The translations under genes were made by a program, and so were the position numbers. DNA of 63,148 nt, filler included, from Octopus bimaculoides (Eukaryota), in the NCBI RefSeq assembly GCF_001194135.2. It is 7 parts of 7 records of this genome, joined end to end, with 100 filler letters (N's around TTAATTAATTAA, not from the genome) between each part and the next. Parts side by side here need not be neighbours in the genome. Positions count along the whole stretch, not along the records: positions 30,902 to 47,926 come from NC_068984.1; positions 48,027 to 51,137 come from NC_069003.1; 5 more parts are not named here. One strand, given 5' to 3'. This document shows, piece by piece, positions 35,726 through 49,529 of this stretch (its first letter is position 1; each line of letters begins with the position of its first letter). Under the pieces are notes generated by a model. The model did no database searches. It was not told the origin of the DNA and was given only the letters and a program-made list of their open reading frames with translations.

Positions 35726-38204
35726 ATAATACATGTAATTTCAAGGAAAAAACGAAGAGAAAAACAAAATGACAATATCTATGATAGAGAAATAGGCAAC
35801 AGTAGAAACTGAACTGTTGAGTTACCTTTTGAAGCTGAGATAGTAAGTCGTGATGTGGCCAGAACAAATATTAAATTGTCCGGAATGACATGGCTATCTT
35901 CCAAAACAAGAAGACGAACAGATATACTTTCTGCTCGTTTAGGGAAAAACACTTCTAATAACAACATTTCTGGTTGAGGTACCATCCTTCATGAATGATT
36001 TTCATCCTTTACTTTTAGGTTTAGAGCCACATGCAGCTGACCATTCTGGAACATCACTTTCTCAAGCAAAATCAGCACAGCCTCCGAAGCCCGATTGTGC
36101 ACGAAATTGACTCTGTTAAAGGATATCCTCACCTTCTGATTGAGCATAGTTCTTAGAATTACGATCATGTTATTTTTGAAGGCATCATTGTCTATCTTTG
36201 TTTTTATGAGATTCTTGTGTAGTTCGTGCGCGGTCATTTGCGTTTCATTGCATAAGTTTGGAGGATCTGAGTTTCACACTAAAACGATTAGAGGTCTTGT
36301 ATTCACCTACAGTTATTCCTAAACTTGAAATTAGTTATGCTTTCATTGACAGTCGAGATTAACATAACGAATTAATTACGATATTCTTTGATGAAGAATG
36401 CTTTTGTTGTAATATACACTGTTTTGATATCAACTTTCTTTTTATATCATTCATCGGCTGCTTTTCCTTAAGATAATTCAGTTTTAAATACAATCATTGC
36501 TATATAAACGAACATGACTTCAGGATATAAGCTTATGTTTTAAGAAGCTAAGTGTATTCAATAAGGAAATTATTCAAAGAAAACAAATATTCCACAAAGT
36601 ATTTCACATATAATTTGGTACTCTAATATTCAAATCGCCAACAACTTTGAAGGATTTCCATATTTTATGGCAGAATACGAGAACCTTCTTACCCATAGAA
36701 CTGTCAACAGGTCATTGAAGATGTTACGATTTTGGCAGCTCAACACTAATTATAGATGTATATCCTTGTGATTATAGATTATAAAACTGAATATTCGTGT
36801 AGAATTGCTTACAAATAATGCAATGAAGTCTCTAGCTTGGATCTACATCAAAAGCAAGAAATGCTATGAATATTTTAAGGTCTTGAGTACGGACATGCAT
36901 ATTATAGTATTATTGGGGATAAATGCGCACATTTAAGTGATCAAAAATTGTCAAAAGGCCACTTTACTCATCATAGATCCCTCTGTGATCTTTAAGCATA
37001 AATCCTAGATACTGCCTTACTGTATATTTAGTTTCCCAAACTCATTCCATCACTGTTTAATTCACATGTAATATTAAATGATACTCTATGCGGTTCAGTG
37101 ATTTCTTGCTACTTACTGTTTCGTATATACGCATCGTGTAATAAAAGCAGAAGAGAGATAAACCAATAATGTTAGGTTTGAACACATTACTGTAACAATT
37201 ATTAATGTTTTTATTGCTGTTTTATTGAATAGTTTGTTTTTGCTTTAACAAAATTCACATTTGACACTTAGAAGATGAATATTCAGGAACTATATGTTAG
37301 ATTGATCTGGAATCAGATTGCACATTGTAACAATGTATATTTATTTGCAAAAGGTATGTGATAGCTTGACAATTATGTGATTTGGTTTGTTGTCTGGACA
37401 CGTTGTCGTGATATCAGAGAAGTATTACCCTAGCTGTGGTATTCTGTTATTTATTAGCGACAGGAAATAATCATAATGTACTTTGGTTCAGGTATATCTC
37501 ATTTGCCTGATTTCCACGATATAATTATTGTAGTATTCTCAATGTGAATAATAGCTTAGATAAATAGATGGCTCATATAAAATGCAACACATAATCGTTA
37601 ATATAACTTGATGTATCGTCTTTATCATCTAAAAGCTATATCCAGTCCAGTCAAGATATTTGCACGGATTCCCGTAACTCTCTGTCGCCTCCCATTTCGA
37701 TTATTCATAGTTGGATTAAGAGCTTGAGTCATGACGATTCTTTCATCAGCTGATTACACAACCATAGATGCAGCCTCTATGGATACCTTGCAATTACTCG
37801 CTTGATGGAGAGTAATATAAGAAGCACCATTGGCTCAGTTGGTCTCTCCAGTTGCCTCTTCTTCCTCCGCCATGCTGCAGTCCCATAACATCGGTGTATC
37901 CCTGGTAGGGTGGCGGAACTGGTGTTATGCTGTGTCAAAGAACAACCAGTAACTAAGAAGGACATGATTGTGACACTGTGAGGTATTTTCAATATACCCA
38001 CGTAACAGATTTATATATATATATATATATATATATNNNNNNNNNNNNNNNNNNNNNNNNNNNNNNNNNNNNNNNNNNNNNNNNNNNNNNNNNNNNNNNN
38101 NNNNNNNNNNNNNNNNNNNNNNNNNNNNNNNNNNNNNNNNNNNNNNNNNNNNNNNNNNNNNNNNNNNNNNNNNNNNNNNNNNNNNNNNNNNNNNNNNACA
38201 TATA

Positions 38205-38620
38205 TATGCATATTGGAGTGGCTGTGTGGTAAGTAGGTTGCTTACCAGCCACATGGTTCCGGGTCCAGTCCCACTATGTGGCACCTTGGGCAAGTGTCTT
38301 CTGCTAAACCCTCGGACCGACCAAAGCCTTGTGAGTTGATTTGGTAGACGGAAACTGAAAGAAGCCCGTCGTATATATATATATGTATGTATGTGTATGT
38401 TTGTGTGTTTGTGTTTGTCCCCCCCCCCCACCATCACTTGACAACCGATGCTAGTGTGCTTATGTCTCCGTAATCTAGAGGTTCGGCAAAAGAGACCGAT
38501 AGAATAAGTACTAGGCTTATAACGAATAGGTCCTGGGGTCGATTTGTTCGACTACAAGGTGGTGCTCCACAATGGCCGCAGGCAAATGACTGAAACAAAT
38601 AAAGGAAAAGAAAAGAAAAG
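38205..38620 (+). mobile_element. Full-length tRNA-derived SINE with internal (TA/TG)n
   Basis: ggagtggctgtgtggtaag head, ggcaccttgggcaagtgtcttc body, tgactgaaacaaataaagg tail; minus-strand copy at 48027-48430. Confidence 0.8.
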
Positions 38621-39714
38621 ATTATATATATGCTAGGTCACAGGGAAGTAGTGCTATCTACTTTAGTAACATACATTTGTTATAAATATACTGGCTAATA
38701 AGGGCGGTAACGTTATGTACTTGTCAAAGAGGCGTAGATAAATACATTTTCGCTAATGTTGATATTTAAAGTAAAAGTGTATGCCGACTGCTATTTAGCA
38801 ATAAAATATACTTCTATGTTAATTTCTTATTGTTTTGTTGCATTTTCCGCACATTGGTATACTGGGAATAGTTCTGCTCATTGATGTAGATGTTCAACAA
38901 ATGAAATTTTTCCAGTAACCAGGTCACGTATTTGTTGTCCATGAACCGTCATCCCTTTCCTAAAAGACATATTTGTTCGGACAATGAATGTAATTCTCAT
39001 CATATCCACGGTATGTCTTCACATAAATTAAGTTTTCGATAAGCATTGAAGATTATTTCTCAATAATATTTTTCATTTTTAACAGAATACTAACCTTTCC
39101 ACGAGTTGATCTTCTGCATTTTTTGATTGTCGGGTTTTTATAATTTGTGAAGATAACTGGACATGTGTTATTTTCTTTAGTGGTTTAGCTGCTTTTGCTT
39201 TTAATTAACTTTTGTGTTTCCAAAATTCGTCTCATTTTTGGATGGCATTTGAAAAGTAGTAAATTTTGATTACCAGTATCAAAAGTCTCATTAATCATAG
39301 GTTATGTGCTGGAATAAATGTTGAAACATTTATTTCTCTTCTGTAAACATTGTGCGTTAATATATCCGGAAGTTCAGAGTTCTGTTTCCAATAATAACAA
39401 AGTTTTAAATTAAAAAGAATGTTACGTAATTATCTGAAAAATTAATTAATATGTCCTTACATACTGTGAATATTTAAAGAATCAAACTTGCAGAACAAGC
39501 ATATCTCTTCGTAAATGAATAACAGTTCATCGAAACAAACATGATGTTCGAATACTAAAAAAATTCTACTCCGTTAACATTTAGATGACGTGCAGGAATT
39601 TAGCAGTTATACTTTAGCTATTCTCATTATAGCAGAAATGGAAAAGAACAACAAAGAATTAACAAAGAAGCATTAGGTTGGATGTGCTAATTAATATATA
39701 TATATATATATATA

Positions 39715-40413
39715 CGAGGATGAGTCAAAAATTATACGCATTCTTGTTTTTTCAATGCATTTACACAAAATCAGGGGATAAACAAGTACATCATTTTTCT
39801 ATATAGTCCTCTTCATTTTCGATGCACTTGGTCAAGCGGTCCACAAACTTGCGTATTCCTACCAAGAAGAAGGCTTTCAGTTGGTCGTGCAACCGTTTAT
39901 GCAGCGCTCCCTTCACATGCTCATCCGTAGGAAATCGACGACCTTGTAAACCATCTTTGAGAGGTTCAAAGATATGACAGTTGGAAGGGGCGAGATCTAA
40001 GCTGTAGGCAGGATGTTCCAGCACCTCAAAACCCAATTGTTTAATGGTTTCAGCGGTCTGGGCAGCCGTGTGTGGGCGTGCATTGTCAAAACTTTCTTCA
40101 ACAACAGGCTTCGGAGTTTGGTGCGAATTGCTGGCTTCAGTTTGTTGTCCAGCAAAGCACTGTATCTTGCACTGTTGATCATACACCCCATTTCCAGAGA
40201 AATCGGATCATTGTTCTTTGTTCTTTGGTGCACATTGCTAGTGAAGCGGAATGCTTACACTTTAAAGCCAGAGAGAAAAATGGCGCGACCAGGCACAAAC
40301 GTCGATCACGTGACCACAATAGTATCAACTATAAGCATGCATGCGCAGAAGGCAGTGTGATAATGATAAAGATATGTTATGACGAAAGTGCAGATAATTT
40401 TGACTTCCCCTCG
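39715..40413 (-). mobile_element. Internally deleted mariner with both TIRs and TA TSD
   Basis: ta|cgaggatgagtcaaaaattat ... ataattttgacttcccctcg|ta; ORF 39791-40186 DNARPHTAAQT, HPAYSLDLAPS, YIEK*. Confidence 0.9.
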
Positions 40414-40414
40414 T

Positions 40415-40542
<128 letters not shown>

Positions 40543-41341
40543 ATGTGGCCGAATGGTATGTGAGTAGTTGTATTTACGTAATGTAGTAAAGCGGTCTGTC
40601 ATTGTTTGGACTCGAAAACCTGATAAAATGCAAATGTGACTTACATCCCTATGGAATGCAAGTTATGATTAGGTAGAACAAAATTCTACAATTAACAAAG
40701 TAGATATTATTAACTTGGAATTTGCCATAATTTAACTATAAAGAATGTTATCCTATATACGATTTTTATAGTACTTGACAACATAATTTTACAATTTTTC
40801 AAGCCAATCCAGATTATTAATATTGTGGCTTGCTCTCTCCAATTCACATACTTTCAACATAAATATAACCTCTGTGCGCATGCACGCGCGCGCGCACACG
40901 CATACACACACTCGCATTCCATAGGGATGTGGGTCATATTTGCATTTTATCTGGTTTTCGTGTTCAAACAACGACAGACCGCTTTACTAAATTACATAAA
41001 TACAATCACACTCATACCATTCGGCCTCGATAACCACGTTCCGCCATCAAATTTCGAACAAATAAACATATCATTAAACCAGCTACTATGCATTGCGCCC
41101 ATATATATCTCGCAAATCTGAAAGACTCTTAATCCTCAGCGGAGAAGTTGTCTTGTTGTTAACACAGCCTAGTCTCACAACAGGTATTTCCATGCTGACT
41201 GAACTCAGAATATAAATATATGATATAAACAGCTAAGGTTTATGCATACTAAGAAACATAGCATAAAGTGGAAACGTGGATAGGAACCCCCTTTTGTATC
41301 ACATGAACTTTATTTGGGTTTTTGGTAGTCTCTTAACCTCT

Positions 41342-41391
<50 letters not shown>

Positions 41392-41394
<3 letters not shown>

Positions 41395-41800
41395 CAATAA
41401 TAAATCTCTGAACAAGGTATAAACAGTAGCTGCACGACAACGTGAAGTATATTTGCCACTTAAATGTGGCTAACCACTAAGGGTGAATGCTACTGTAGCT
41501 TGTAACCCCAGGAGGACACCTCCTCCAGCTGGCTATTGACACACTTTCTGTGCCCTATCAGTATTTGCAAAAGGGAAGCCATCCTTCCCATCTTCGACCT
41601 GACGTGATACGCACGTACCCGAGTTTCTAGGTATTTACCCGGCATCAGCGCACGACAATCACAGGTCTTCGATGCAAAGGGGTCGCAATGCAAATACATA
41701 TATCCTTTTTCCAGTGACGAAAAGTCACTGATCTCGAAAAAGTGTAAACAAGCAATAATAAATCTCTGAACGAGGTATAAACAGTAGCTGCCCGACAACG
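41392..41800. repeat. Unit bounded by 51 bp direct repeats (pseudo-LTR-like)
   Basis: 41392-41442 versus 41750-41800, 49/51 identical. Confidence 0.75.
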
Positions 41801-42558
41801 CTGTATTCTTCATCTCGTTTCTTTGAAATGCTTTAATCGAGCTTTATGTAATGGATGCATTTCCTATTAGATTTTACACAAATCTGAAACGTATGTATTA
41901 ANNNNNNNNNNNNNNNNNNNNNNNNNNNNNNNNNNNNNNNNNNNNNNNNNNNNNNNNNNNNNNNNNNNNNNNNNNNNNNNNNNNNNNNNNNNNNNNNNNN
42001 NNNNNNNNNNNNNNNNNNNNNNNNNNNNNNNNNNNNNNNNNNNNNNNNNNNNNNNNNNNNNNNNNNNNNNNNNNNNNNNNNNNNNNNNNNNNNNNNNNNN
42101 NNNNNNNNNNNNNNNNNNNNNNNNNNNNNNNNNNNNNNNNNNNNNNNNNNNNNNNNNNNNNNNNNNNNNNNNNNNNNNNNNNNNNNNNNNNNNNNNNNNN
42201 NNNNNNNNNNNNNNNNNNNNNNNNNNNNNNNNNNNNNNNNNNNNNNNNNNNNNNNNNNNNNNNNNNNNNNNNNNNNNNNNNNNNNNNNNNNNNNNNNNNN
42301 NNNNNNNNNNNNNNNNNNNNNNNNNNNNNNNNNNNNNNNNNNNNNNNNNNNNNNNNNNNNNNNNNNNNNNNNNNNNNNNNNNNNNNNNNNNNNNNNNNNN
42401 NNNNNNNNNNNNNNNNNNNNNNNNNNNNNNNNNNNNNNNNNNNNNNNNNNNNNNNNNNNNNNNNNNNNNNNNNNNNNNNNNNNNNNNNNNNNNNNNNNNN
42501 NNNNNNNNNNNNNNNNNNNNNNNNNNNNNNNNNNNNNNNNNNNNNNNNNNNNNNNNNN

Positions 42559-42597
<39 letters not shown>

Positions 42598-42659
42598 TGA
42601 ATGTATGTATGTATATGTATTTATATGTGTGTGTATATGTATATATGTATATGCATTTA

Positions 42660-42702
<43 letters not shown>

Positions 42703-43692
42703 TTTTCGCGCGCGCGTGTATATTTCTTGACGTTTACACATTTTCTTATGGTATAGATACTAGTATGTCTAAATGATTTAGAAGTCCGCTTTACAAGTAT
42801 AAATTCTTAGGTTCGATCTCAATGCGTGGTTTCTCGTAAGAGTATCTTTTACCCTATTTTCGGGTTGATGCAAGCCTTGTGAACGAAGATAGAAATACAG
42901 GAACTGTGCAGTAGCCTGTCGGATGGATTGCACTTGTAATCCAAAAAGCCAGCCTTGTTTCACACCATTTAATTGATTCGACCTCAGATTAAGACTGTCA
43001 ATTATATGCTAAATCAGTGAACAGACCGTTCCTTGGATCAATCAATTGAAACATTCACTGTGGAAACCGACGGAGATCCATTTACATTAACAATTTATGA
43101 ATTTAAGTATTACGTTAGGTAGGAGTATAGAGTAGAACAGTATTTATCAAGGGAAAGAGTGTATTATGAAGATTGAAAAGGTGACGAACAAATTATCATG
43201 TTTAATAAAATTGAGGTGGTTTTAAACTTAAATTTGTTTGACACCATGACAAAAAAGAAGCATTATATGGATGCAAACACTTTTTTGTTTTCTCATTAAA
43301 AGAGCGGAGAATATTTCACTAATAATTTTTATGGGGAACCTGATATTTGTCAATTTGAGAATCGTTCGTGTAGAAGATAACATTATTCTATGTTGAATGA
43401 CTTAACGTGGTAATTAGAAACCGGTAGTTGTTGCTGTTAATGTTTGTATTAATCTATCAAAATATATTTCGAAACATTCCGGCATTAACTTAACAAGTAA
43501 AGCACGATAATTTACTTGTCAGCAGTTGGCAACTATCTGGTTTGGTTTAATAACTGCAATAAATGCAGCCCTAGCTGTCAAATTTCGGTATTAACAGGAA
43601 ATTTCTACTTATGAAAGAGGTCATGAGATGACTGCCGAAACTCCTACCATGTTTGCTTAAAATTCATATGTCAACCGCTTCGTTATAAATGA

Positions 43693-44595
43693 TAGCTTCA
43701 AATTTTGGCATAAAACCAACAATTCTGGGGGAGGGGATAAGTCGATTACACCGACCTCAATGCTCAATTGGTAGTTATTTCATCGACCCCGAAAGGATAA
43801 AAGGCAAAATCGACCTCGGACGAAATACAGCTAAGCATTTTGCCCGGTGTGCAGTCGATTCTCATTTCTTTATTGCCCACAAGGGGCTAAACATAGAGGG
43901 AACAAACAAGGACAGACGAACGGATTGAGTCGATTACATCGACCCCAGTGCGTAACTGGTACTTAATTTATCGACCCCGAAAGGATGAAAGGCAAAGTTG
44001 ACCTCGATGGAATTTGAACTCAGAAANNNNNNNNNNNNNNNNNNNNNNNNNNNNNNNNNNNNNNNNNNNNNNNNNNNNNNNNNNNNNNNNNNNNNNNNNN
44101 NNNNNNNNNNNNNNNNNNNNNNNNNNNNNNNNNNNNNNNNNNNNNNNNNNNNNNNNNNNNNNNNNNNNNNNNNNNNNNNNNNNNNNNNNNNNNNNNNNNN
44201 NNNNNNNNNNNNNNNNNNNNNNNNNNNNNNNNNNNNNNNNNNNNNNNNNNNNNNNNNNNNNNNNNNNNNNNNNNNNNNNNNNNNNNNNNNNNNNNNNNNN
44301 NNNNNNNNNNNNNNNNNNNNNNNNNNNNNNNNNNNNNNNNNNNNNNNNNNNNNNNNNNNNNNNNNNNNNNNNNNNNNNNNNNNNNNNNNNNNNNNNNNNN
44401 NNNNNNNNNNNNNNNNNNNNNNNNNNNNNNNNNNNNNNNNNNNNNNNNNNNNNNNNNNNNNNNNNNNNNNNNNNNNNNNNNNNNNNNNNNNNNNNNNNNN
44501 NNNNNNNNNNNNNNNNNNNNNNNNNNNNNNNNNNNNNNNNNNNNNNNNNNNNNNNNNNNNNNNNNNNNNNNNNNNNNNNNNNNNNNNNNNNNNNN

Positions 44596-44643
<48 letters not shown>

Positions 44644-45440
44644 CAAATTTTGTTACAAGGGCAGCAATTTTAGGGGAGGAGACGAGTCAGTTACATCGAC
44701 CACAGTGTTTATTTGGAACTTATTTTATCGACCCCGAAAGGATGAAAGGCAAAGTTGACCTCGATGGAATTTGAACTCAGAAAGTAAAGACGGACGAAAT
44801 ATCTCCAAGTATTCTGCCCGGCGGGCTAACGATTCTGCCAGCTCGCCATCTTAATAATAATAATTATTTCAAATTTTTGCCACAAGGGAAGCTTGGAGAA
44901 GGTGGGGATGCGTCGATTACGTCGATGCCGGTCTTCAACTGGTACTTATTTTATCGATCTCGAAAGTATGAAAGGCAAAGTCGACCTCGGCGGAATTTGA
45001 ACTCAGAACGTAGCGACGGGTGAAACATCGCTAAGCACTTCGTCCAGCGTGCTAACGATTTTGCTACCTCACGGTCTTGATATAATGATAATGATAATCT
45101 TTTCTACTATAGGCACAAGGCCTGAAATTTTGGGTGAAGGTGATGATCGATTTCATCGACCCGCGAAAGGATGAAAGGCAAAGTCGACCTCGGCAGAATT
45201 TGAACTCAGAACGTAGTGACAGACGAAATATCGCTAAGCATTTCGCCCGGCCATTTCACCGCTTTTATAATAATAATAATAATAATAATTAGTAATAATC
45301 CTTTCTGTTATAGGCACAAGGTCTGAAATTTTTTGCGGTGGGGACTAGTCGATTACATCGACCCCAGAATTTCCCTGGTACTTAATTTATCGACCCCGAA
45401 AGAATGAAAGGCAAAGTCGACCTCGGCGGAATTTGAAACC
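43693..45440 (-). mobile_element. Head-to-tail cluster of six or more copies of one tRNA-derived SINE
   Basis: Core atcgaccccgaaaggatgaaaggcaaagt.gacctcg at ~43790, 43970, 44727, 44955, 45160 and 45390, mostly separated by (TAA)n/(TGA)n tracts. Confidence 0.85.
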
Positions 45441-45479
45441 GAAAGCTTGGGAGGGGAAGTAACGAAATATCTCTATGTA

Positions 45480-46945
45480 ATAGACACGGACATTTAATTT
45501 GATAGGGTTTTTCTAAGGATGTGACCAGTACTTACCAGCACAAGCTTATGGATTTCTCTGAGACATGGTTCTCCTGGGATATTATCTAGATGTTTCTGAC
45601 ATCCCTTTCTAATCATACCTAGGGCACCTACAATATCAGAAACAATATTTGCCTTAAGATGCCACATCTTTTGTATTTCAATTTCCAGCTCCTTATATTT
45701 AAGTTTGTCAAATTCCTTTACAGGTATATTTTTATCAGTGGGAGCATTTACATCTATTAGTCTAAAAATATTTTCTTCTTTGTCTTTAATAATTATGTCT
45801 GGTCTATTAGCCTGGATCGTTCTGTCGGTGTTGACTGGTTAATCCCAGAGGATAGTGACATGTTTGCTTTCAACAACTGACTCAGGATGATGTTCATACC
45901 AGTAAGCAGGAGAACCGATTTTGTAGTGTTTATATATTTCCAATGTAAATACAGTCCTACCCTATTGTGGCAATTTTTGCATTCGTTTGGCATCACTACT
46001 TTCAACTAATTTTTTAAACTACGTAATAAATATTCGGGGTTCATTGTTTCGTCAAATGTATCGCAGAAACTGCATTTAGGGTCAGTATCGTTTCTGCTAA
46101 GCGAGCTTTGATCTTGTGCTACCAATATGAAACCATCAATCTCTGCTTTCAGTCCTGAACTTTTCAACCACTGATGGGTTGTTGCTTGGTCTACATCAGC
46201 ATTTTGATCTCGAAGAATATACTGTCCATGCAGAGACTTTTGGTTCTACTACTCCTCAGTTAGTTTCTGCCCGTTCTTTTTTGCAGTCTGCTTGATACGT
46301 TTTACTTCCTTGGTGGCAGTGGTTTCAGGCTCTTCATCTTATTCAGGGTTAATGCCGAGTTCCCTTGAGAATCTATAAGTTTCCTTGACAATAGAATGTG
46401 ACTTTTTGTTGCTTTCAACTTGGCTCACAAGCCTCAGCACCCAGGCCTCTGTACTAGATAAGTACCTATGGTGGAGGTCTTAGAACAATATTCTAATTGC
46501 ATCATTCTTCTTCCCTCACTACTTTTAGGTAGGTACAGACGATCAACATCTGCTTTTGGGTGGTGAATGTTCTTAGATGTCAATAATTTTCTAGTCTTCC
46601 TGACCTGGGGTTGGAGCTCCGTAGGATTTCAGTTAATGATATTAAAACTGTACTGGACTACTGGAAGTGCCAAGATGTTAATGGCTTCGATGGGAGTTGA
46701 GTTCAGTCTACAGTACAGAGTCTTATTCTCCTATAATATACCTTTCTTATTTTTTTCCTGCATAGTAGCATTATGTACACCATCTCTTTCGTTTATTCCA
46801 AGGTATTTATAATTTTCTTGCGGGTCAAGTTCGTTGATGGTAGTGTCGGTATATAATTTAATGGAACTGTATGTCTGAACTTACCACTTACAAAAGTTGC
46901 TTTAGCACATTTATCGAGGCCAAAATCCATCCCAACGTCATTGCT
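45480..46945 (-). mobile_element. R4/Dong-type fragment (subfamily E), RT end to RLE
   Basis: NDVGMDFGLDKCAKATF, CKNCHNRVGLYLHW; similar to 22870-23910. Confidence 0.85.
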
Positions 46946-46946
46946 A

Positions 46947-47135
46947 AGCTCGTGATCAGAGATGCACATGTCTTCAGCCACCAAGGAACATGCTCAAGTG
47001 GTTAAAGTCAAGTAACTGATAAGCAAATCTTTGGTATTGAGCGGAATATTTGCTGCAGCCCATCTTTTACGTCAAGACAAAACATAACACTTCTAATCAG
47101 TTAAGATCAGAATCCATGAGAGACAGTGCCTGGTT
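46947..47135 (-). mobile_element. Fragment of element X
   Basis: ctcgtgatcagagatgcaca...gttaagatcagaa.ccatgagag matches 19630-19825. Confidence 0.7.
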
Positions 47136-47214
47136 CTGTATCAAGGGATTTGCATTGTCCCTCTCATCCTTCGCCCTTGTGGCAAATAAATGATGATGCT
47201 TTCGAGTTTATGTT

Positions 47215-47355
47215 CATATCACTTTTTTGCTCTGTCAAGTCCATACCTGTTGCAAAGTGTCCAATGGACAATCCTTGCTATATTGTCATGACGTCACTTA
47301 TATTCTCTCTGGGCTAGTGGCGTACATTGATTGGTAATATGCCATACGGCTTCAC

Positions 47356-47358
<3 letters not shown>
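47215..47358 (-). mobile_element. Short R4/Dong CCHC-RLE linker fragment
   Basis: GEAVWHITNQCTPLAQREYK*RHDNIARIVHWTLCNRYGLDRAK. Confidence 0.7.
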
Positions 47359-47407
<49 letters not shown>

Positions 47408-47925
47408 GAGTGAGAGAGCAGTGCATGCCATCAAAGTGACACTGGGGTAAAATATACGAAGCCCAATATACCCATCATGACTACCCGTCTGATAAGGGTA
47501 CACCAGACACATGCGTCACAATCATATGTGCGCGACCTGGTGATCTCATATCGAGATAAACAGCGCAAGACCTAGCTGGTGGGGCCCAGTTAGCATTTTC
47601 TTCAGGTCGAGTAGCCCATCCCGCTCAAAAGGTCCCCGAATAAGGTTTGTTTAAGGATGTTGAGTAAAACACCCATGTTTCCAAAGGTGAATTATTCAAA
47701 CCCCAAAGAATTCCTCTCAACACATGGCTATGATGGTCCCCCACTACTTCTGCTCGTGATCAGAGATGCACATATCGTCAGCCACCAAGGGACATGCTAA
47801 ACTGGTTAAGGTCAAACAATTGACAAGCAAATCTGTGGTATTAAGCAGAATATTTGCTGTATCCCATCTTTTATACCAAGACAAAATAATGTATATGATA
47901 ACACTTCCAATCAGTTAAGATCAGA
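47408..47925 (-). mobile_element. Element X copy, truncated by a gap
   Basis: Colinear with 19287-19810 and adjacent to (ATT)n. Confidence 0.75.
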
Positions 47926-48026
47926 ANNNNNNNNNNNNNNNNNNNNNNNNNNNNNNNNNNNNNNNNNNNNTTAATTAATTAANNNNNNNNNNNNNNNNNN
48001 NNNNNNNNNNNNNNNNNNNNNNNNNN

Positions 48027-48430
48027 TTTTACTCTTTTACTTGTTTCAGTCATTTGGCTGCGGCCATGCTGGAGCACTGCCTTTAGTCGAGCAAATCGAC
48101 CCCCAGGACTTATTCTTTGTAAGCCTAGTACTTATTCTATTGGTCTCTTTTGCCGAACCGCTAAGTTACGGGGACGTAAACACGCCAGCATCGGTTGTCA
48201 AGCGATGTTGGGGGGACAAACACAGACACACAAACAAACACACACACACACATATATACATATATACGACAGGCTTCTTTCAGTTTCCGTCTACCAAATC
48301 CACTCACAAGGCTTTGGTCGGCCCGAGGCTTATAGTTGAAGACACTTGCCCAAGGTGCCACGCAGTGGGACTGAACCCGGAACCATGTAATCGGTAAGCA
48401 AGTTACTTACCACACCGCCACTCCTACGTC
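48027..48430 (-). mobile_element. tRNA-derived SINE (same family as 38205-38620)
   Basis: Reverse complement of the 38.2 kb copy. Confidence 0.8.
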
Positions 48431-48439
48431 TATACCCAC

Positions 48440-48447
48440 TCCTACGC

Positions 48448-48503
<56 letters not shown>

Positions 48504-48770
48504 ATATATATATATATATGAATATCTATCTAGCTGCGTGCATGTATATATGTATGTATGTATATATGTTTGTATGTATGTATGTATGTATGTATGTATG
48601 CGTGTATTTATATGTGTATGTAACTATGTAAGCATGTACGTTTGTATGCTTGCATGTATGTTTGTATGTATATTTGTATGTATGTATGTATGTATGTATG
48701 TATGTATGTATGTATGTATGTATGTATGTATGTATGTATGTATGTATGTTTGCGTGCATGCATGCATGTA
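48440..48770. repeat. (CTAT)n and (ATGT)n microsatellites
   Basis: Seen directly. Confidence 0.9.
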
Positions 48771-49185
48771 AGTATAATTTTATATTTCATGTTAATAAGA
48801 TTAAACGCTACACATTCAATGAATATTTGTTGTATTCATAACTAGTTTTACGCTGAGATTACACAGACCGCCGCCATTAGTTTTCATGTTTTAGCGATTT
48901 CCAAGCAATGGATTTCGTAAATGAGACCATTTTTCTATTAATATATGACATAAATTACAACAATCATTCAATAGACACAATAACAATACAAAAGCTATTT
49001 GCTGGAACGTCAGTGTAGATGACTATGTATCCTACCGTTCGTTAACTTGTCCTTTTGATTTAAAGTAGAGGTGACCAAATTGTTTGATAAAAAGACGCCA
49101 TTTAAAATGTTTTGCTTTCTTTTTAATGTTCAAATGTCGCAATCTGTATTATAAGAATTAAATGTATATTCTTATTTATGCTCCC

Positions 49186-49483
49186 TTCTAAAGCCTAGCC
49201 AGGCTCATGGGCCCGGTTTCCCGGCTTCTATGGCGTATGGGTTCCCTCCCAGCTGGACGGGACGCCGGTCCATCGCAGCGTTACTCAAGAAACAGGAAGA
49301 ATGAGTGAGAGAAAGTCGGAGCGAAAGAGTACAACAGGGGTCGCCACCCCCACCCCCTGCCGGAGCCTCGTGGAGCCTTTAGGTGTTTTCGCTCAATAAA
49401 CATACACGACACCCAGTCAGGGAATCGAAACCGCGATCCTCCGACCGCGAGTCCGCTGCCCTAACCACTGGGCCATGGCGCCT
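49186..49483 (-). mobile_element. tRNA-derived SINE
   Basis: Minus-strand head ggcgccatggcccagtggttagg...ggtttcgattccc; core ctgcgatggaccggcgtcccgtccag. Confidence 0.75.
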
Positions 49484-49529
49484 CCAGAAATGTATATTTG
49501 GAGAAAATTTATTTCTACGTAGTTTTTCT

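Noticed and set aside
35943-35978. GKTLLITTFLVE mini-exon resembling a P-loop
   Set aside because: It lacks the upstream G of Walker A, has a weak donor, and implies a following intron of only ~40 nt.
43693-45440. CRISPR-like repeat-spacer array
   Set aside because: The repeats are SINE cores of variable spacing in eukaryotic DNA, with no cas genes.
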